A stretch of DNA of 64,000 bases from Bugula neritina (lineage: Eukaryota > Animalia > Bryozoa). Location of the stretch: NCBI GenBank assembly GCA_964035545.1, contig OZ037766.1:4144722-4208721 (forward strand), written 5' to 3'. Numbering within the stretch: position 1 is the stretch's first letter; every line of letters begins with the position of its first letter. Below are positions 59,690 to 64,000 of this stretch, in pieces. Position numbers and translations under genes: made by a program. Under the pieces are notes generated by a model. It was given only the letters and a program-made list of their open reading frames with translations, was not told the DNA's origin and did not search any database.

Positions 59690-62600
59690 ATGGAAGGGGA
59701 TAGTAAGATAGTAAATCATTCAGAAGAGCCTAATGCTGATGAAGAGCCAAGTGTGCCTACCACCCCACTGCCAAGGTCAGCAGTTATCGTATTCTTTTGA
59801 AGATATATCTCTTTTGGTTTTAACTATTAAAATTTCTTTTTTCACTTTTATGGATGGCAAAATTTGTCAGCTGATAAATCTAATTTTTATTTGAACTTTT
59901 TTCAATAACATAATTTGCAGTAAATATTGTAAGATTTTCTATAAAATTTATAGCAGTTTTTTTAACATTTTATCATAAACTAATTTGAGTGCTTTAGATA
60001 GTTTTGCATAATTTAATTTTTTGTTCTCCAAGCTGCCAATATATTTCCATTATTATATCACTGTTGATTTGTAGCATTTTGTCCAAAAATCTTCATTCAC
60101 TCAATCTCTTTACTTACTCATTCTATTCACTCTCTCTTTTTCTTTATTCACTTACTCACTCAATCAGTCACTCGGTCACTGTTTACTCATTCACTCACTA
60201 ACTCACTCACTAACTCACTCACTCATTAACTCACTCACTCACCCACTTACTCACTCACTGACTTTATTCACTCACTCACTAACTCACTCACCCACTCACT
60301 CATTCACTTCACTCACTTACTCACTCACTCACTCACTCACTCACTCACTCACTCACTCACTCACTCACTCACTCACTCACTCACTCACTCACTCACTCAC
60401 TCACTCACTTACTTAACTATACCTGCTCTATATACTATACCCGACGTCTGCAGGTCAGAGAGTCAGTTGAGTCAGAGTCAGGCAAGTGAAGTAGAAGAAA
60501 GTAAACACTCATCTGCTGGTAGACCTAGTAGTACTAAGTCACCTGGTTCAAGAAACGCTAGTGTTACCAGCTTTGTTACTGTTTCCTCAGCTGGTAGGAA
60601 ATCACGGGCTAAAAGTGCCGCTAGCACTCCTGATGTTCCAGAAACTCACCAGGTTACTTTTACTGTGACTGTGTCAGCAGCCGTGCCAGCAGGTAAATTT
60701 ATACACTGGGATTTGTAATTTAAACAAGAAATCTTGTGTAGTTAGTGAAATTGTTGTGCTCAGGTCACTATGAAACAAATTTTGGAAAATAGAGCAGTAT
60801 TCCGAAGGCCTATTGCTCCGAAGGCCGATTGCTCCGAAGGCCCATTGCTCCGAACGCCTGTTGGTCCGAAAATGAGTAGAGTTATTTGTTGTTTGTTATA
60901 TTTTGCACAAATCTCAACTGAAACCCCGTGTTTATATCTTCTAGAAAGAATTGTGGAAAATACTCAGATGTAAGTGCTGTGAAATATTTATATGCAAAAT
61001 GTATTTCTCTATTCAACTCTTGCAGATAAAAATCCTCCTAAAAGGATGTTTGACCGTAGCTATTATAAAGGCGAGCGCTCAGTCATGTTTTCTGGGATAG
61101 ATTCTAAGCATGGTGCTCTATGTTTACTCACTTGAAGTTTCTTCTAATGTTCCATTAATTCTGTTATGTTGTGTTGCGTTGCATTTAACTATCACTGTAG
61201 TATCTTGTATGTATTTGAGTATTACAATTATATAACCATGTTCTGATGTTGGTCATTCTGTGTGTACTGTTACACGTCTACATAATTCGCCACTTCTTTA
61301 TTATTATTTACATGATATTCTAAATTGTATGTATTTAAATTTAGCCAATGCAAGGTCTACAAAGAGTAGATATAGTTCGACGCATTTATATTATTTAGTG
61401 TAGGGTTTTTTATTGTTAACAACTGCTATTGAAGGATGAGAAAATATAAGTGTATTCATAAATTATATTAATGTTTATATATTAGATCAAATTAAAATTT
61501 AGTATATTATATTTTCAAGTGGTATATTTTCAAGTATTTTTTGCATGTTACACTTGACCATTTGTAGTGTACTGATTTTTTTTAGAAACACTCTGTGAAT
61601 AAAATATTTAATTTTGATCTTTAGTGTATGATGAAGAAGGCGACAAGAACAAAAGTAAACGAGTCGTCAGTGATCCTAAGCCTCAGGCGTTTTATCACAT
61701 TGAATATTTTCTGCTGCCTACTGACGTCGACCCTAACAAAACTGATATTACCTTGTTTGGAATAGCTGCTAAGATATACCCTGAGAAGCAAGATGCTAAG
61801 GTGATGAAGACGTGGACAGAAGGAAACAAAACATGGATAGCCTGGGCTCAGAGGTTTGTATATTTGTTGGATTGCTAAGCTTTAAGGCTGCTTTACATCT
61901 TTTTGTCATTTGCTATTAGTCTAAATTTTATTATATATTTATTTACAGCATTTTTTAAGTCTTTCTGCAGAGTTGTCTGTTCAAATTTCTTTTGCAACTA
62001 TTGCTAATTATCATCAATTGCGTGAATGCGCTTTTGTCACCAAGTAATGACATTATACTAAGAAGAATAAAATATGCCTAGTTTGCTTTGAACTGACAGG
62101 TATAAGAATATATAACCTTTTTTAGCATGCTTATAAAACATTTTATTAAAGTTTTTTTATTAAATTTACAGAAATTGATTTATGCAGATCTAGAATATGT
62201 GAGAAAAGTCTGAGTTTCAGATGACTTGCCCTTGTCACAGTGCCTGCTTGTTCTGCAAGTAGCAAGTTGTTTAATGCAGTTCATCTTATTCTATTAACTC
62301 TTTTAGTCACGTTGTAAATCTGACAAGCGATATGCTGAAAAAGCTCTGCTACCATAAGCTTGTTGTAAGAATTTGGGACACGCGAGACAAGTTTGGGCCA
62401 AAGGCTAGATTTGATAGACCGAGAGCTTTCAAGTTTCCGCAACAAAAACCAGGTTCACTAGAGATAGAATAAAAACTAATGATTATTACCTGTACATTTT
62501 ATTTTAGCAATAAACTCATGATTACCTAGAGTAATGAAGTTGCTGCATTCACACCAATGAAAACATGTTTATCTAAATTTGCATGCAGGTGAAGACTTGG

Positions 62601-64000
62601 ATGATATCAGTGGTGTGAAGACGTTTATCTCAAGGATGTGCAAAGCTTACACAAGACGACTCCCAAAGAACTCATATGAGAGAGCATTGCCTCAGCCTGT
62701 GGTCACGGAGAGCAAGTCTAAAGGTATGACAACTCCTTCGTCACCACGAGAGAAAATACTGTTATACTGTATTTGTACTTGTGCATTAATAATTACTAGG
62801 AGTTATGTTTCCTTGCTTATATTGATGATGGATCTCATTACCTTCATTTATCTCAAAGATAATCATGCTACTGATTTTTAAAAACAAAATTATTTTTTGA
62901 ACCTCAATTTACCTAATATTCAGGGACAAGTTACAGTTAACCAGTAAGACAAATTATCCGGACATCATTAGCAACGTTCCAATCTACAATATTATGTGGA
63001 GGATATGCATATTATGTTTCTTGCTATACATTTGTATTACCACCTTTCTTTCTCATCGTAGCTAAGCTAGCCGACTCTGAATTTACCCAGAATGCCGGGT
63101 TACCCGGAGTGGCAGCACATCCTGTGGAGTTCCGGGATGCTGACGAAGTTCCTTGCTTGCTTCTCGGACACCCGGATATGGAGTACAAGTGAGTCTTCTT
63201 TCCCTTTCTTAGCGCTACTACTACTACTACTACTGCTACTACTACTACTGCTACTACTACCGCTACTACTACTACTCTAATAATGACAGGGTTACTTAAC
63301 TTGATTTGACTAAGTTTTGGGGATCAGTTGTGATTGGTTCATAAGTAGTTAATTCTCTATTGCTTAGCAACATCAGGTATTATGTAGACCTTTGACGCAG
63401 TGATAAACTAGTATCTAAATTTTTCCTAGATGGCAGGTTTTTAATATGTAAATTTACAGTCTGTATTTAATTTTTATACATATTTATCAACTATAAGGAA
63501 AAGTGAAGATTTGTCTTGTAAATCTAGCTAATTTGTGTGAATTGTAATTATGTTTTCGATATATCACTGCTGGTACCAGTTTGTACTTTCTCTGCATGCT
63601 TGGTTTTTAACAAAAATATTAGATTTAAACTTATAAGCCTAATGCTATTTAGTTAGTTACTATTACTAAATTTTACTTTTTTCTCAAAAACATTATTCTA
63701 AAACTAAATTAGATTTTACTGTAATACTTTTTATAATGATTTCTATTTACAAGTAAAGAATAGGTGAGAGTAAATGACTGGTTTGATTGGCTACAATGGC
63801 TTGCAGGGGCAACTTAAGCTATTTGTATTTTAATCTTACAGAACTTATTCTAAGTTGGTTGAGTTGGCCAAGTTGGAGTCCCAGCACATAGGCAAAAGCT
63901 TACTGAGAAAGAACCTGCATGTAAACAGGAAGTCCCCGGATGGGGTGGCTGAACAGACAGATGAACGGAAGAAATCACCTACTAGTAGGCTTATTATGCA
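59690..64000 (+). CDS. CFAP92: Cilia- and flagella-associated protein 92-like (KIAA1257, DUF4550 domain), 5' part
   Basis: Exons at about 59690-59775, 60454-60692, 61625-61852, 62307-62452, 62589-62723, 63062-63188 and 63842-63984 splice in frame. HQVTFTVTVS; FYHIEYFLLP...KTWTEGNKTWIAW; LCYHKLVVRIWDTRDK match the recalled DUF4550/CFAP92 pattern. Start codon tentative. Confidence 0.82.
60130..60415. repeat. (CACT)n microsatellite
   Basis: Directly visible. Confidence 0.93.
60801..60870. repeat. 16-bp-period TCCGAAGG tandem repeat (5 copies), probably a DNA-transposon subterminal remnant
   Basis: TCCGAA at 60801, 60817, 60833, 60849 and 60865. Confidence 0.7.
63214..63277. repeat. (CTA)n microsatellite
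   Basis: Directly visible; accounts for the poly-Leu ORF tail. Confidence 0.92.

Overview
AT-rich, gene-dense, intron-containing invertebrate (metazoan) genomic DNA; the species cannot be determined from this window. Left to right: the 5' part of NAT10 (-, runs off the left edge), with a U12 minor-spliceosomal snRNA gene nested antisense in one intron; RPL32 (+, head-to-head with NAT10, 5'TOP exon); an 8-exon DyP-type (dye-decolourising/YfeX-like) heme peroxidase with an apparent bipartite mitochondrial presequence (-); PSMD2 (-); ZPR1 (+); SPAG16 (-); FAK/PTK2 (-); a complete, very young Ty3/Gypsy LTR retrotransposon (-, 50867-58658; identical 349-bp LTRs, ATAT target duplication, tRNA-Leu PBS, UUUAAAC -1 frameshift); and the 5' part of CFAP92/KIAA1257 (+, runs off the right edge). 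Also three copies of a tRNA-derived SINE, a TAA-flanked MITE, several microsatellites and tandem repeats that multiply splice sites. The main candidate for an undescribed system is in the Gypsy element: its pol frame continues about 520 codons past the usual integrase end into an acidic region, C2H2 zinc fingers and a coiled coil; a strong splice donor sits between the PBS and the gag ATG, and a TACTAAC branch point with a candidate acceptor precedes the extension; and LTR U3 carries six 16-bp-spaced CCGA-N3-TCGG palindromes just upstream of the TATA box. Together these suggest, by inference only, a self-encoded transactivator and its response element. Exon boundaries were read by eye and identities come from recalled family motifs; no searches were run.
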